From an uncultured Nitrospiraceae bacterium (lineage in GTDB: Bacteria; Nitrospirota; Thermodesulfovibrionia; Thermodesulfovibrionales; UBA6898), in contig CAWEQH010000001.1 of the NCBI GenBank assembly GCA_963811165.1, positions 448,001 to 512,000 of the forward strand: DNA of 64,000 nt. The letters are read 5' to 3'. The notes below the pieces were generated by a model that was not told where the DNA came from, made no database searches, and saw only the letters and a list, made by a program, of their open reading frames with translations. The position numbers and the translations under genes were made by a program. Within the stretch, counting starts at the first letter, position 1. Each line of letters starts with the position of its first letter. This document shows, in pieces, positions 19,175 to 29,652 of the stretch.

Positions 19175-20143
19175 CTACAGATCGAATATCTTTCTTCTCA
19201 ATATAACGATTTCAAAGCTGAGTGATGTCATCGAAATCAGGGTATCAAAGTAGGTGAGGCTGGCGCTCAGCACGGCCGAATTGCCGTTGTCCGCATACAG
19301 TAGCGCGATGACTTTGTCCCTGATTTGGATGGGAATGACAAGGCAATCCTGGGGAGTGCCGGAAAGGAGCGAGATCAAAGGCTCGTTGCCGGGTATCTTC
19401 AAAAGAGGGCCTCTATAGTACGTCTTCTTATGGATCACCTCGGAGAAGACCGAGTTGAGGGCCACCGGAGCATTGAACTTTTCGACCTCCATGCCCCTCG
19501 CTTTCCAGCCTATCAGCTTGTCACCCTTGAGAATGAAAACCGCCGCGCGCGAAGCGACCCTGCGGGACTCATTAAGAAGGATACCGATAATTTCTTCCCT
19601 TTCCTTTACGTTGGCAAATTCCTCTTTTACTTTCTGCAGCTGTGCTTTCGCGTCTTCCTTGGTCGCTTCTTTCTCCTCTTCCTTGACGAATACGCTGATA
19701 TAGCGAAGGTCCCGCTCTATGCCGTAGTACTTTTCGAGTGCGTAGAGCAGGCGAAGTTCGGTGATCACGTACGGTATGATATCGTATCCGGTTATGAACC
19801 TCATCTCGTCGGCACTTTCCATGGAACGCGGGTCCAAAATTGCAACGTGAAGTCTGTTTCTTTCCTTTTTAAAGGGCACTACTTTGTATTTTTCTGCGAG
19901 TTCCCTGCTGATGCACGCAATGACTTCGGGGTCCACCGCCGCGAGCTGAACGGGGTCGACTGCCGGAATCTTAAAAAAACGGCTGAGAAAGGCCGAAAGG
20001 TCTTTTTCGGTGAGTATTCCCAGTTCCACGATGTTCGTGCCGATTCTTCCTCCGAAAATGACCTGTCTTTCGAGTGCGAGCCTGAGCTGATCCCGTGTAA
20101 TCAGACTGTCCTTTACGAGTGCCTCCCCGAGTTTCAGCGCCAT
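19175..20143 (-). CDS. MshEN (T2SSE_N) domain protein with GAF-like C-terminus
   Basis: KLGEALV...LITRDQLRLALERQ...RIGTNIVELG; C-terminal CLVIPI...IALLYAD. Confidence 0.8.
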   Translation of the reverse strand: MALKLGEALVKDSLITRDQLRLALERQVIFGGRIGTNIVELGILTEKDLSAFLSRFFKIPAVDPVQLAAVDPEVIACISRELAEKYKVVPFKKERNRLHVAILDPRSMESADEMRFITGYDIIPYVITELRLLYALEKYYGIERDLRYISVFVKEEEKEATKEDAKAQLQKVKEEFANVKEREEIIGILLNESRRVASRAAVFILKGDKLIGWKARGMEVEKFNAPVALNSVFSEVIHKKTYYRGPLLKIPGNEPLISLLSGTPQDCLVIPIQIRDKVIALLYADNGNSAVLSASLTYFDTLISMTSLSFEIVILRRKIFDL

Positions 20144-21507
20144 TATTTAATCCCGTATTTGTGGAGCCGGTGGCGGAAGGAGCGGAAGGAGAGGTTTAGA
20201 ATCTTGGCCGCCTCGGTCTTTACGCCGCGTGATTTTTCGAGGGCCTTCGTGAGATAGTCCTTCTCTATTTTTTCTAACAGTTTCTCGAGATCGAAGGTCC
20301 CATCGCCGATATCGGGCAGACATCCGAGGTTGTTTGCGGTTTGCAAGATTTCGTCAGGGAGGTCTTCAGGTACGATAACTTCCTTGTCGGAAAGCAGTAC
20401 GACCCTTTCCACGATATGTTCCAGTTCCCTTACATTGCCCTTCCAGTGATAGTTCATGAGCAACTGCATCGCCTCATGGGAGATCCTTCTTGGCTCTTTT
20501 GAAAACTTGAATAAGAAGTGCTCCAGAAGAAGGGGGATATCCGATGTCCGTTCTCTAAGAGGAGGGATAGTAATGGGGACAACATTAAGGCGGTAAAAAA
20601 GATCTTCTCTGAAACTGCCCGCAGCCACAGCCTCCGTGATATTTATGTTAGTTGCCGAGACTATTCTCACATCGACTTTTATATCGGTCGTCCCCCCGAC
20701 CCGCCTGAACGTTCCGTTTTCGAGGACGCGCAGGAGTTTTGATTGGAGCGACAACGGCATTTCTCCAATTTCGTCCAGAAAAAAAGTGCCCCCGTCGGCC
20801 ACTTCGAACAGACCTGATTTGCTGAATACCGCGCCGGTAAACGAACCCTTCATGTGGCCGAACATCTCGGACTCAAGAAGACCCTCGGGGAAAGTCGCGC
20901 AGTTGATCGTGACATAATTCTTGTTTTTTCTCGGGCTCAGGTTGTGAAGGGCCGAAGCGACCAATTCCTTACCGGTCCCGCTTTCGCCGCTTATGAGTAC
21001 GGCGGAATTGCTGTTTGCAACCCTGGGGATCAGCTTGAACAGTTCCTGCATTTTTGTGCTCTTGCCTATGATGTTCTCAAGTCCGAACGATGACCGGAAT
21101 TTTTCGCGCAGGAGGGATAGTTCTTCGCTGAGGTTCTTTTTTTCAAAGGCCTTTCTTACTATCAGCCTTATTTCATCGATCTTGAAGGGTTTGTGGATGT
21201 AATCATAGGCCCCTTTTTTCATGGCATCGATTGCCGATTCGATAGTGCCGAAGGCGGTAACCATTATCACCAGAGCTGAAGGGGAGATTTCTCTGGCCTC
21301 TCTTAAGACTTCAAACCCGTCGGCCTTGGGCATCTTGATATCCGTTATGACGAGGTCGAAGAGATTGTGCCTGATGTATTCGATCCCCTCCATCCCGTCC
21401 GAAGCTGCGGTAACTTCGTACGCCTCCTCTTCAAGAAGTATGCGGAGCACTTCTCTCATGCTCTTCTCATCTTCTATGATGAGGATTCTTCCCTTAATAT
21501 TCTCCAT
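20143..21507 (-). CDS. pilR: PilR-like sigma54 response regulator
   Basis: REC-AAA-HTH; C-terminal SFRSFRHRLHKYGI; located in the pil cluster. Confidence 0.88.
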   Translation of the reverse strand: MENIKGRILIIEDEKSMREVLRILLEEEAYEVTAASDGMEGIEYIRHNLFDLVITDIKMPKADGFEVLREAREISPSALVIMVTAFGTIESAIDAMKKGAYDYIHKPFKIDEIRLIVRKAFEKKNLSEELSLLREKFRSSFGLENIIGKSTKMQELFKLIPRVANSNSAVLISGESGTGKELVASALHNLSPRKNKNYVTINCATFPEGLLESEMFGHMKGSFTGAVFSKSGLFEVADGGTFFLDEIGEMPLSLQSKLLRVLENGTFRRVGGTTDIKVDVRIVSATNINITEAVAAGSFREDLFYRLNVVPITIPPLRERTSDIPLLLEHFLFKFSKEPRRISHEAMQLLMNYHWKGNVRELEHIVERVVLLSDKEVIVPEDLPDEILQTANNLGCLPDIGDGTFDLEKLLEKIEKDYLTKALEKSRGVKTEAAKILNLSFRSFRHRLHKYGIK

Positions 21508-23080
21508 CTTCCCTGTGTAGTATAATCTCAAAAGTCGTTTTTATTCCAGGAATGCTCTTTGCGGTGAGCCTTCCGCTATGTTCCTCTATTATCCTGTATG
21601 CGATCGACAGCCCAAGTCCTGTCCCCTCATCCTTTGTGGTGAAAAAGGGGTAAAAAATCTTTTCTATCCGCGACGGCTGGATTCCTGGCCCGGTGTCCGC
21701 AAAGGTTATGGTGATCAGGCCCCTCTCTTTTTTTGTCGAGACGGTCAGCTCGCCCCCCTCTTTCATGGATTCCACCGCATTTATTCCCAGGTTCCAAAAT
21801 ACCTGCCTGATCTTTTGCGGGTCTACCTTCGCCATGAGAGGTCCTTCAAATCCCTTGTTGATCGATATATTGCCTTTATTCTGCTCCGCGTTTTTGAGAA
21901 GGGACAGGGTTTCATCCAAAAGGAGGTGCAGATCTGCCTTCCTTATTTCTAGGGGCCTCGAACTTGAATAGGTCAGAAAGTCCGTGATGATGTCGTTAAG
22001 CCGCTCCATCTCCTTTAAGGCAATGCCCATCAGTTTTTCTTTGTGTTTCTGCGATATCTTTTCGTCACTGAGCATCTCTATAGAGCCTCTCATCGATGCG
22101 AGGGGGTTTCTGATTTCGTGGGCAATGTTTGCGGACAATTCGCCTATCGCAGCCCATTTTTCTTTTTGTTTGATCTCGGCTTCAAGCGACTTAAATAAAG
22201 TCAAGTCCTGAAAGATGCCGATAAATCCCGTCTCCTGCCCGCTGGCATCCCTTAGGATCGATACCGTGAGCCCTATGATCTTGGGCCCCTTGCCGGTCTC
22301 AAGGGTAACTTCGCGGCGTCCTTCTTTGAGAGGAAAAGAGAGAAAGGGAAGTGCGGTTTCGATCCCCTTGCTGGTCGCGAGTTCCTTTTTTATTCCGGTG
22401 ATCTCCTCGGCTGTCCTGTTGAAGATCAGCACGTTGCCGTATCTGTCTGTGGTGAACAATCCGCTCGGGAGACTCTCTATGACTTTCATATTGAACAGCT
22501 CAAGATCCTTCAGATGGGTGTCTTTTTCCTCGAGCTTCTGAGCGGTCTTTTCGAGTCTGGAAGAAAGGTTGCCGCTTAGGTAGGCGGTGAGATATAGAGA
22601 GAGGATATGAATAAAGATATTGTAGAGAAAGAGCCTTTCGGAGATGACTGAATGAGGGATATTCAGTATGCCGTAATACTGCAGGTCGAGAAGCGTCCCA
22701 TAAAGGATACTGCTCAAACTTGCTATGACAAAACCGGCTTTTTTGTTAAGAACAATGCTTGATGACAAGACGGTGAGAATCAGAGTAAAGGAGAACCAGC
22801 TCTCAACTCCGCCGGTTATGTAAATCAAGCTGATTCCGGCGATCACGTCGAAGATCAGCTGGATATAAGTGAATAGGAATAGGCCCTTAATTTTGGTAAT
22901 GAGGAGGGCATAGATTATGGTGAGCAGATAAAGCGAGATAATGAGATACGAGATTGCCCTGGGTTGAGCGTAAAAATACTCGATCCTGAAGAGGAAAGAT
23001 GAACCCAGCAAGACCGTGACGAATAAGGCCCTGAGGCTTATCAGGGCCTTCAATCTTGCCGTCAGGACATTGTCGGCCAT
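21494..23080 (-). CDS. pilS: PilS-like sensor histidine kinase
   Basis: Multi-TM N-terminus, PAS, AHEIRNPL. Confidence 0.88.
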   Translation of the reverse strand: MADNVLTARLKALISLRALFVTVLLGSSFLFRIEYFYAQPRAISYLIISLYLLTIIYALLITKIKGLFLFTYIQLIFDVIAGISLIYITGGVESWFSFTLILTVLSSSIVLNKKAGFVIASLSSILYGTLLDLQYYGILNIPHSVISERLFLYNIFIHILSLYLTAYLSGNLSSRLEKTAQKLEEKDTHLKDLELFNMKVIESLPSGLFTTDRYGNVLIFNRTAEEITGIKKELATSKGIETALPFLSFPLKEGRREVTLETGKGPKIIGLTVSILRDASGQETGFIGIFQDLTLFKSLEAEIKQKEKWAAIGELSANIAHEIRNPLASMRGSIEMLSDEKISQKHKEKLMGIALKEMERLNDIITDFLTYSSSRPLEIRKADLHLLLDETLSLLKNAEQNKGNISINKGFEGPLMAKVDPQKIRQVFWNLGINAVESMKEGGELTVSTKKERGLITITFADTGPGIQPSRIEKIFYPFFTTKDEGTGLGLSIAYRIIEEHSGRLTAKSIPGIKTTFEIILHREDGEY

Positions 23081-23086
23081 TACCCC

Positions 23087-24304
23087 TTATTTGATGAGGG
23101 TGATTAGTTTGAAGATAGGCAGATACATGGCTATAACTATGAAGCCGACGGAGCCTCCAAGAAAGACCATCAGCATCGGCTCCATCATGGCGGTAAGGTT
23201 AGAAACCGCATTGTCCACTTCATCATCATAAAAATCAGCGATCTTCGAAAGCATCGTATCAAGCGCCCCGGTGGATTCACCGACCGCGATCATGTGGGTG
23301 ACCATGGGCGGAAACACCTTGGATTTCAACAAGGGTTCGGCAAGTGTCTTACCTTCCGACACAGCAAGCCGTACGTCCATGACCGCATATTCTATAACTT
23401 TGTTGCCCGCCGTCTTTGCCGTTATTTCGAGGCCGTCGAGTATCGGGACGCCGCTGCCTATGAGCGTGCTTAAGGTCCTTGTAAATTTTGCAACCGCCAC
23501 CTTTCTCAGCAGGAGGCCGAATATGGGCAACCTCAGAAAAATCTTGTCAGTTATTAAGGTGCCCTTCTCCGTTTTTCTGATCTGCTTAAAGGCGATGGAT
23601 AAGGCGACGATCGACAAAAAGACCATAAGGCCCCCGAGGCCCGCCATGAAATTGCTTATCTTTATGACAATGAGCGTAGGCAATGGGAGGGTCCCTCCCA
23701 TTGAAGTGAACATCTTCGCAAACGTAGGTACCACGAATATCATTATGACTGCGATGACTCCTATCGCGATCGTGGATACCACAATCGGATATACCATCGC
23801 ACCTTTTACCTTCTTCTTGAGCTTCATCGACTTTTCAATGTAGGCTGCAAGCCTGTTCAGGATCGTATCGAGTATACCGCCTGATTCACCTGCAGCGACC
23901 ATATTTGCGTATAATTCCGTGAATGCCTTCGGATGTTTCCTGAGCGCATCGGCATACGTCGATCCTGATTCAACATCCGATTTAATCATGCCCAGGGTCT
24001 TGCCGAGAAATTTGTTTTCAACCTGGGTAGTCAGTATTTCGAGCGCCTGAACAAGGGGAAGGCCGGCGTCGATCATGGTGGCGAACTGTCTGGTGAAAAT
24101 GACTATGTCCTTGTCTTTTACTCCGCCACCCAATGCGGACAGGCCAGCAAAAGCGGATTTCTTTCCCTTTGGGTTTATGAGAGTGGGAGTAATGTTCTTT
24201 TTCCTCAGATTAGCGACCACCTCTTCCTTTGAACCGGCGGACATCTCACCCGATTCAATGGTCCCCTTGCTCGTCTTCCCCGACCACTCAAAGACGTTAG
24301 CCAT
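23087..24304 (-). CDS. pilC: Type IV pilus platform protein PilC
   Basis: FTRQFATMIDAGLP, AGESGG, MEP...MYLPIF. Confidence 0.95.
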   Translation of the reverse strand: MANVFEWSGKTSKGTIESGEMSAGSKEEVVANLRKKNITPTLINPKGKKSAFAGLSALGGGVKDKDIVIFTRQFATMIDAGLPLVQALEILTTQVENKFLGKTLGMIKSDVESGSTYADALRKHPKAFTELYANMVAAGESGGILDTILNRLAAYIEKSMKLKKKVKGAMVYPIVVSTIAIGVIAVIMIFVVPTFAKMFTSMGGTLPLPTLIVIKISNFMAGLGGLMVFLSIVALSIAFKQIRKTEKGTLITDKIFLRLPIFGLLLRKVAVAKFTRTLSTLIGSGVPILDGLEITAKTAGNKVIEYAVMDVRLAVSEGKTLAEPLLKSKVFPPMVTHMIAVGESTGALDTMLSKIADFYDDEVDNAVSNLTAMMEPMLMVFLGGSVGFIVIAMYLPIFKLITLIK

Positions 24305-24310
24305 TTTTTA

Positions 24311-25402
24311 TTACCTCCCGCGTCCAGAAGGCGCGTTAGTTGCCCTCTGAAGCATAGTGATTAACTCTTCCGGCACCATTGACCTGCCTATCGCATCTTC
24401 ATAGGAAAGATGCCCCTTCGTGTAGAGCTCCACCAGAGACTGGTTCATAGTCTGCATTCCGAATTTGGTCTGTCCCGTCTGCATCATGGAGTATATCTGA
24501 TGTATCTTATCTTCTCTTATTAGGTTCCTGATGGCCGGATTCGGCACGAGCAACTCGACCGCCAGGGACCTTCCCTTTCCGGTTTTCTTTGGAATGAGCT
24601 GCTGAGCGAGTATCCCCTCAAGAACGAAGGACAACTGGACCCTGATCTGTTCCTGCTGATGAGGAGGGAATACATCGATTATACGGTTTATCGTCTGGAC
24701 AGCTGAGTTTGTATGCAGTGTCGCAAGGGTCAAGTGGCCCGTTTCCGCAACCGTGAGTGCAGCTTCGATCGTCTCGAGGTCCCTCATCTCGCCGATGAGG
24801 ACGACATCGGGGTCCTGCCTGAGCACATATCTTAATGCAGCTTTAAAGGAGACTGTATCGGCATTTACTTCACGCTGGTTTATAAGACACTTCTTGTGTC
24901 CATGGAGGTATTCAATAGGGTCTTCTATCGTTATAATGTGCTCGTATCTTTCGGAATTGATCCTGTCTACCATCGCGGCAAGGGTGGTGGATTTGCCGCT
25001 TCCTGTAGCGCCGGTGACAAGTATGAGCCCCCGAGGTTTCTTGACGAGATCATTTACTATCTCAGGGAGCCCGAGATCAACGAATGTCCTGATTTCAAAC
25101 GGGATTGTCCTGAAGGCCCCGGCCACGGCCCCCCGCTGCATGAAGACATTGCCCCTGAACCTGCTAAGGCCTTTTACCCCGAAAGAGAGGTCAAGTTCAT
25201 TATGCTCTTCAAATTTATGTTTTTGGCTGTCGGTCAAAATGCTGTAGCAGAGCGCCTTCGTCTCAACAGGCGTGAGGGCCGGATGGTCAAGGGGGACGAT
25301 TTTCCCGTCGATCCGTAACCTCGGCGGGCTCCCCGTGGTGATATGGAGGTCAGAGGCGCCTTTTTCGATCATGGTTTTCAATAGGTCATATATATTTGCC
25401 AT
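24311..25402 (-). CDS. pilT: Type IV pilus retraction ATPase PilT
   Basis: ASDLH, GATGSGKS, TIEDPIE, AIRNLIRE. Confidence 0.95.
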   Translation of the reverse strand: MANIYDLLKTMIEKGASDLHITTGSPPRLRIDGKIVPLDHPALTPVETKALCYSILTDSQKHKFEEHNELDLSFGVKGLSRFRGNVFMQRGAVAGAFRTIPFEIRTFVDLGLPEIVNDLVKKPRGLILVTGATGSGKSTTLAAMVDRINSERYEHIITIEDPIEYLHGHKKCLINQREVNADTVSFKAALRYVLRQDPDVVLIGEMRDLETIEAALTVAETGHLTLATLHTNSAVQTINRIIDVFPPHQQEQIRVQLSFVLEGILAQQLIPKKTGKGRSLAVELLVPNPAIRNLIREDKIHQIYSMMQTGQTKFGMQTMNQSLVELYTKGHLSYEDAIGRSMVPEELITMLQRATNAPSGRGR

Positions 25403-25413
25403 CAATAGCTCCT

Positions 25414-27241
25414 TTAATCGCCGAAAGTAACCCTCATAACCTCTTCAATTGTTGTTACGCCTTCCGCAGCCTTGGTGATTCCACTCATCCTCAAGGTCTT
25501 CATTCCAAGGCGGACCGCTGCCTTCTTTATTTCGGCAGTTGAGGCACCTTCAAGGATCAACTCCTTGAGTTCGTCCTTGATAGGCATTACTTCATAGAGG
25601 GCAACTCTCCCTTTATAGCCGGTCCCATTACATGTAGGACAGCCCTTCCCCCTGTAACACTTAACCGTTTTTGCTGCCTCCTCGGTAAAACCTGCCTTGA
25701 TGAGTGCTGCGGCAGGGGATTTTCTCCTCTTCCTTACACTGCTGGCATATTTTCCGTGCGAGTCTCTGTGCGAGTATCAGAATGACTGCCGAGGAAACAA
25801 GAAAAGGCTCGATGCCCATATTTAAGAGCCTGCTGATAGTGCCCGGAGCGTCGTTTGTGTGAAGCGTGCTCAGCACGAGATGGCCGGTCAGGGCGGCTTT
25901 AACTCCGATCTCAGCGGTCTCGAAGTCCCTGATTTCGCCGACCATTATAATGTCCGGGTCCTGCCTGAGAAACGACCGAAGGGACGCAGCGAAGGTCAGA
26001 CCGATTTCCTCTTTTACCTGGACCTGATTGATACCCATGAAATTGAATTCTACGGGGTCTTCTGCGGTCATAATATTTGTGTCGGGCTTGTTTAGGTAGT
26101 TCAGTGCTGAGTACAGGGTCGTAGTTTTACCGCTGCCCGTAGGGCCTGTAACCAGTATCATCCCGTATGGTTTGTTGAGCGCGCCCATGAAGTCGTCCAA
26201 AGCACCCTGTTCAAAGCCCAGTTTGGTGAGATCGACCTGGAGATTAGCTTTATCGAGAAGCCGAAGGACGGTTTTTTCGCCGAAAAGGGTGGGAAGTACA
26301 GAGACGCGAAAATCGATATCGCGCTTTTTTCCGAGCTTCAGTTTTATTCTGCCGTCCTGCGGAAGCCTTCTCTCGGCGATATCGAGCTTTGACATTATCT
26401 TTATCCTCGAAGTAAGGGCCGCCTTTATCTTTGTAGGGAGGTTCATGACCGTATACATTACGCCGTCCACTCTGTAGCGCACCCGCAGAGAGTTTTCATA
26501 GGGCTCGACATGGATATCGCTCGCACCGGATTTTATGGCATTGACGAAGATGCCGTTCACCAGTTTTACAATCGGCGCCTCGACTTCCTTTACAACGTTG
26601 GTATCCTCCTGTTCCTCTATAACATCCACATTGTCGAGGGCGCTGCCCACGATCTTATCGAATTCATCGACATTCACACTCGGGCCCTCCTCAAACGAGG
26701 AGCTGTCAAAGTTGCTGTCCCCCGGCATATCGTCATCGCTCATAGTGTAGTCTTTTGCCTGGATCTGCATAGAGGCAGTCTGGAGCGTGTTCGATGCCGC
26801 CAGCGTGTTGTCGCCTTTGCCGAGATAATGGCCGGTAATAGAGCCTATGATCGCGGATTCGCTCGAAACAACTACCTCCACGTTATAGCCGGTCATGAAC
26901 TTTACATCGTCTATGGCGAAGACGTTCGAAGGGTCGGCCATCGCGATGGTCAAGGTCGCGCCGACCCGCGCTACAGGCATGATGAGGTATTTCTTGGCCA
27001 TGTCGGAAGGTATTAATTTAAGGACAGCAGCGTCTATTTTATATTCCGCGAGGTTTATGGCGGGCACCCCGTACTGCTTGCTCAAAAAGGCAACAAGTCT
27101 ATCTTCAGTAATAAATCCCATTTTTACGAGATTTGTGCCGAGCCTCCCCCCATCTTTTTTTTGGACGCCCAACGCCTGCTTCAACTGTTCTTCGGAGATA
27201 ATACTCGAGGCTATAAGTAATTGCCCTAGTTTCACAGCCAT
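25414..27241 (-). CDS. pilB: Type IV pilus assembly ATPase PilB (one apparent +1 frameshift near 25715-25718)
   Basis: MshEN N-terminus, GPTGSGKT, AEDPVE. The C-terminus GKGCPTCNGTGYKGR...EEVMRVTFGD* continues in another frame to TAA at 25414. Confidence 0.92.
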
Positions 27242-27259
27242 ATGTCTAAAATATATGAA

Positions 27260-27287
27260 ATTATATTTATTGTCAATAATTTGTCAA
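27260..27287 (-). promoter_or_regulatory. sigma70-type promoter of the pil operon, overlapping 11-bp direct repeats
   Basis: Bottom strand TTGACA-N16-TATAAT; TTGTCAATAA occurs twice in tandem. Confidence 0.55.
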
Positions 27288-27439
27288 TAATGATATACCC
27301 TTGAAGGCATTGGTTTTTATAGATATTCTTCCCTCTGATGTTTTATCATAGAACCGGACCAACGGAAAAGAAAATTTATTTTTTCTAGGACCAAAAATCT
27401 ATAACTTTTTATTAAGAATTAAGAGCGTGTGGGGTTACC

Positions 27440-27868
27440 ATGCTTAACACCCATAAAAAGATGCCTTCTATTGTTGACACCGAAAGGGCGGAAAGGCTGA
27501 GAGAGGTATTGGTCGCCCTGTTCGAAGTCAACAAGAGGATACCTGTCATTGTTGAGGGGAAAAAAGACGCGGTCGCGCTGAAAAAACTCGGGCTCGTCGG
27601 CGATATTGTCATTCTCCATAGCGGGAAAGGGCTCTATGAATTCTGCGAGGAAATAGCCGACAAGTTTTCGAGGGTGATACTACTTCTTGACTGGGATGAA
27701 AAAGGGGAGAAATTGAATAGCCTTGTGTCTGATAACCTGAGCGGCCATTGGGAGGAATTTTCGGCCTTTAGGGGTATCATCAAGGTCCTCTGCCAGAAAG
27801 ATATAAAGGACATCGAAGGGATACCTAAACTACTTGGAAGGCTGGAGGGTGATGAATACCCTCGGTAG
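27440..27868 (+). CDS. Small stand-alone Toprim domain protein
   Basis: IVEGKKD and LLDWDEKG (E and DxD) Toprim motifs. Confidence 0.8.
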   Translation: MLNTHKKMPSIVDTERAERLREVLVALFEVNKRIPVIVEGKKDAVALKKLGLVGDIVILHSGKGLYEFCEEIADKFSRVILLLDWDEKGEKLNSLVSDNLSGHWEEFSAFRGIIKVLCQKDIKDIEGIPKLLGRLEGDEYPR

Positions 27869-28199
27869 GGAAGGTGAGGAACTCGCCGTCTCTTTCTGCA
27901 AGAAAAAGGGCTACAGAGTTTTGGAAAAGAACTATAAGACCGCATTTGGGGAGATTGACATTATCGCAAGAGACGGGAATGTCGTTGTCTTCATCGAGGT
28001 GAAGACGCGTGCCGATGACGCCTTCGGATATCCTTTTGAGGCGGTGAATGCCAGAAAAAGGGAAAAAATAAGAAAGGTGGCCCTCTGCTTTATGAAAAAA
28101 TTCAAGCAGGAAGTTCCCGCGAGGTTCGACGTCCTTAGCATCAGTCTTGAGGACGGCAGGAAGCGCGTAGAACACATTATCGACGCCTTCGAGGTCTGA
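27852..28199 (+). CDS. yraN: YraN/UPF0102 family endonuclease-like protein
   Basis: G..GE, GEIDII, FIEVKTR, RFDV. Confidence 0.9.
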   Translation: MNTLGREGEELAVSFCKKKGYRVLEKNYKTAFGEIDIIARDGNVVVFIEVKTRADDAFGYPFEAVNARKREKIRKVALCFMKKFKQEVPARFDVLSISLEDGRKRVEHIIDAFEV

Positions 28200-28406
28200 A
28201 CCGTTCTGTATTCAACTACTTTATAGTTTGCCTTACAGAAATTATCAACCTATTCAAAAATAATGTAATTTTTGTAGGGGTGCTTGGTCAAGGGGTGTTA
28301 TTCCCGCCCACCAGACAAAAATCAGCCAATCGGCAGATTTTAGGGGTGTGTGCTATTGTCACGGTGATTGAAGATGTGTTAGTTTATAAGTGTTTATTTG
28401 TCCTGT

Positions 28407-28482
<76 letters not shown>

Positions 28483-28584
28483 TTTTAATTCATGATATTT
28501 CAATAGGTTAGCTATCCTCTGTTTCCTGTCTTATAAGCTATTGCCACCTGATTGTCTGGTTTTTATAAGGTTGATCTATGCTAC

Positions 28585-29325
28585 CTAATAGCAAGTCATC
28601 ATGTTGCCGTTGAAGGAACAGGTTCGCGGTCTATCAAGGACATTAAAAAGCCTTTGCCGGTAGCTTGAACGTTCGAGACTGTCTGCGGCATTTTTAAAAG
28701 CCGCTTCAATCTGCCTATTTCGTGCCGCATCCTCAGCACTTTCCGTGTAGTAATTCCCTGCCTCTTTTCGTAATAAAGCGTATTCTCCTGCCTTACCTGC
28801 CAATAAACCATGTACTCCTGAGATGGCCCTCAGTATAGTAACCCAGTCAATACCCTTACGCATTTCTTCATCAAGCGCCGCGATAACTGCGGTCGACTCT
28901 CTTTCTGCCACTTCTGCTGCCTCCAGTAGTTCTGCGTTTTTGCGGTCAAACCATGAACTAGTGAGGGCAGAGGTAGGATTTTCATTCATATGTGAGAGAA
29001 ACTCCCTCAACGCCATCTCCCGCCCCTCAAAAGTGGAGGCATCGACAATCAGTTCGTTTACCTCTTTAATGTTTAAAAGAACTGCGTTCCATAGCTCAGC
29101 CGGACTGAGCGTCTTAGGATACGCAGCGGGAGTGAATCTCACGGCATCTTGTTCAAAGACGTACTTCTTTTTGTAAGAATAGGTGCTATGATACTCCTGC
29201 AAACGAGCAGACCAGGCATGCTGATAGGAGTCATGAAGTCTTACCTGTGAGACCGCGCAAGAAGCAGTAAGAAATAGCAGCGCGAAGGCTAGGCTTCTTA
29301 TCCCTTTCCTTTTCATTTTCATCAC
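28585..29325 (-). CDS. Hypothetical lipoprotein
   Basis: Lipobox LTASC; helical body; C-terminal CSFNGNMMTC. Confidence 0.7.
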   Translation of the reverse strand: MMKMKRKGIRSLAFALLFLTASCAVSQVRLHDSYQHAWSARLQEYHSTYSYKKKYVFEQDAVRFTPAAYPKTLSPAELWNAVLLNIKEVNELIVDASTFEGREMALREFLSHMNENPTSALTSSWFDRKNAELLEAAEVAERESTAVIAALDEEMRKGIDWVTILRAISGVHGLLAGKAGEYALLRKEAGNYYTESAEDAARNRQIEAAFKNAADSLERSSYRQRLFNVLDRPRTCSFNGNMMTCY

Positions 29326-29652
29326 CCCAATTCAGTTATCTCGTATTCATCATAGCAAAATTACGGAAAAAGCTAAATAGACGAGGCCCCGGTCTTCCAG
29401 GGCCTTTTCTTGTCCTCAGTCTTCATATCACGTGCAAGAAATTCGGAGGATTTTGTGGACGGGGCGACTGCGGATAGCACCGGCTAAAAAACGGGTTCCA
29501 ATCATGTGCAACAATAAAGATTCCCCCTTGAAATCCAGACCATTATATCACCCCCCGAAAGGTGATGAGGAAGAAAAAAGTTCTCAGAACTATGAGCTTC
29601 AGTAACATACACTTTTATTCCAGCGACAGATGAAGATCGTATACCGTTGACG

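Noticed and set aside
19325..20257. 310-aa plus-strand ORF and similar long antisense ORFs (e.g. 3785-4366, 11520-12128, 16403-17005, 23271-23843)
   Set aside because: They lie wholly opposite well-supported genes and show no recognisable motifs.
25715..25718. Phase variation of pilB
   Set aside because: The run is only 4 nt, and similar indels are scattered through unrelated genes, favouring sequencing error.
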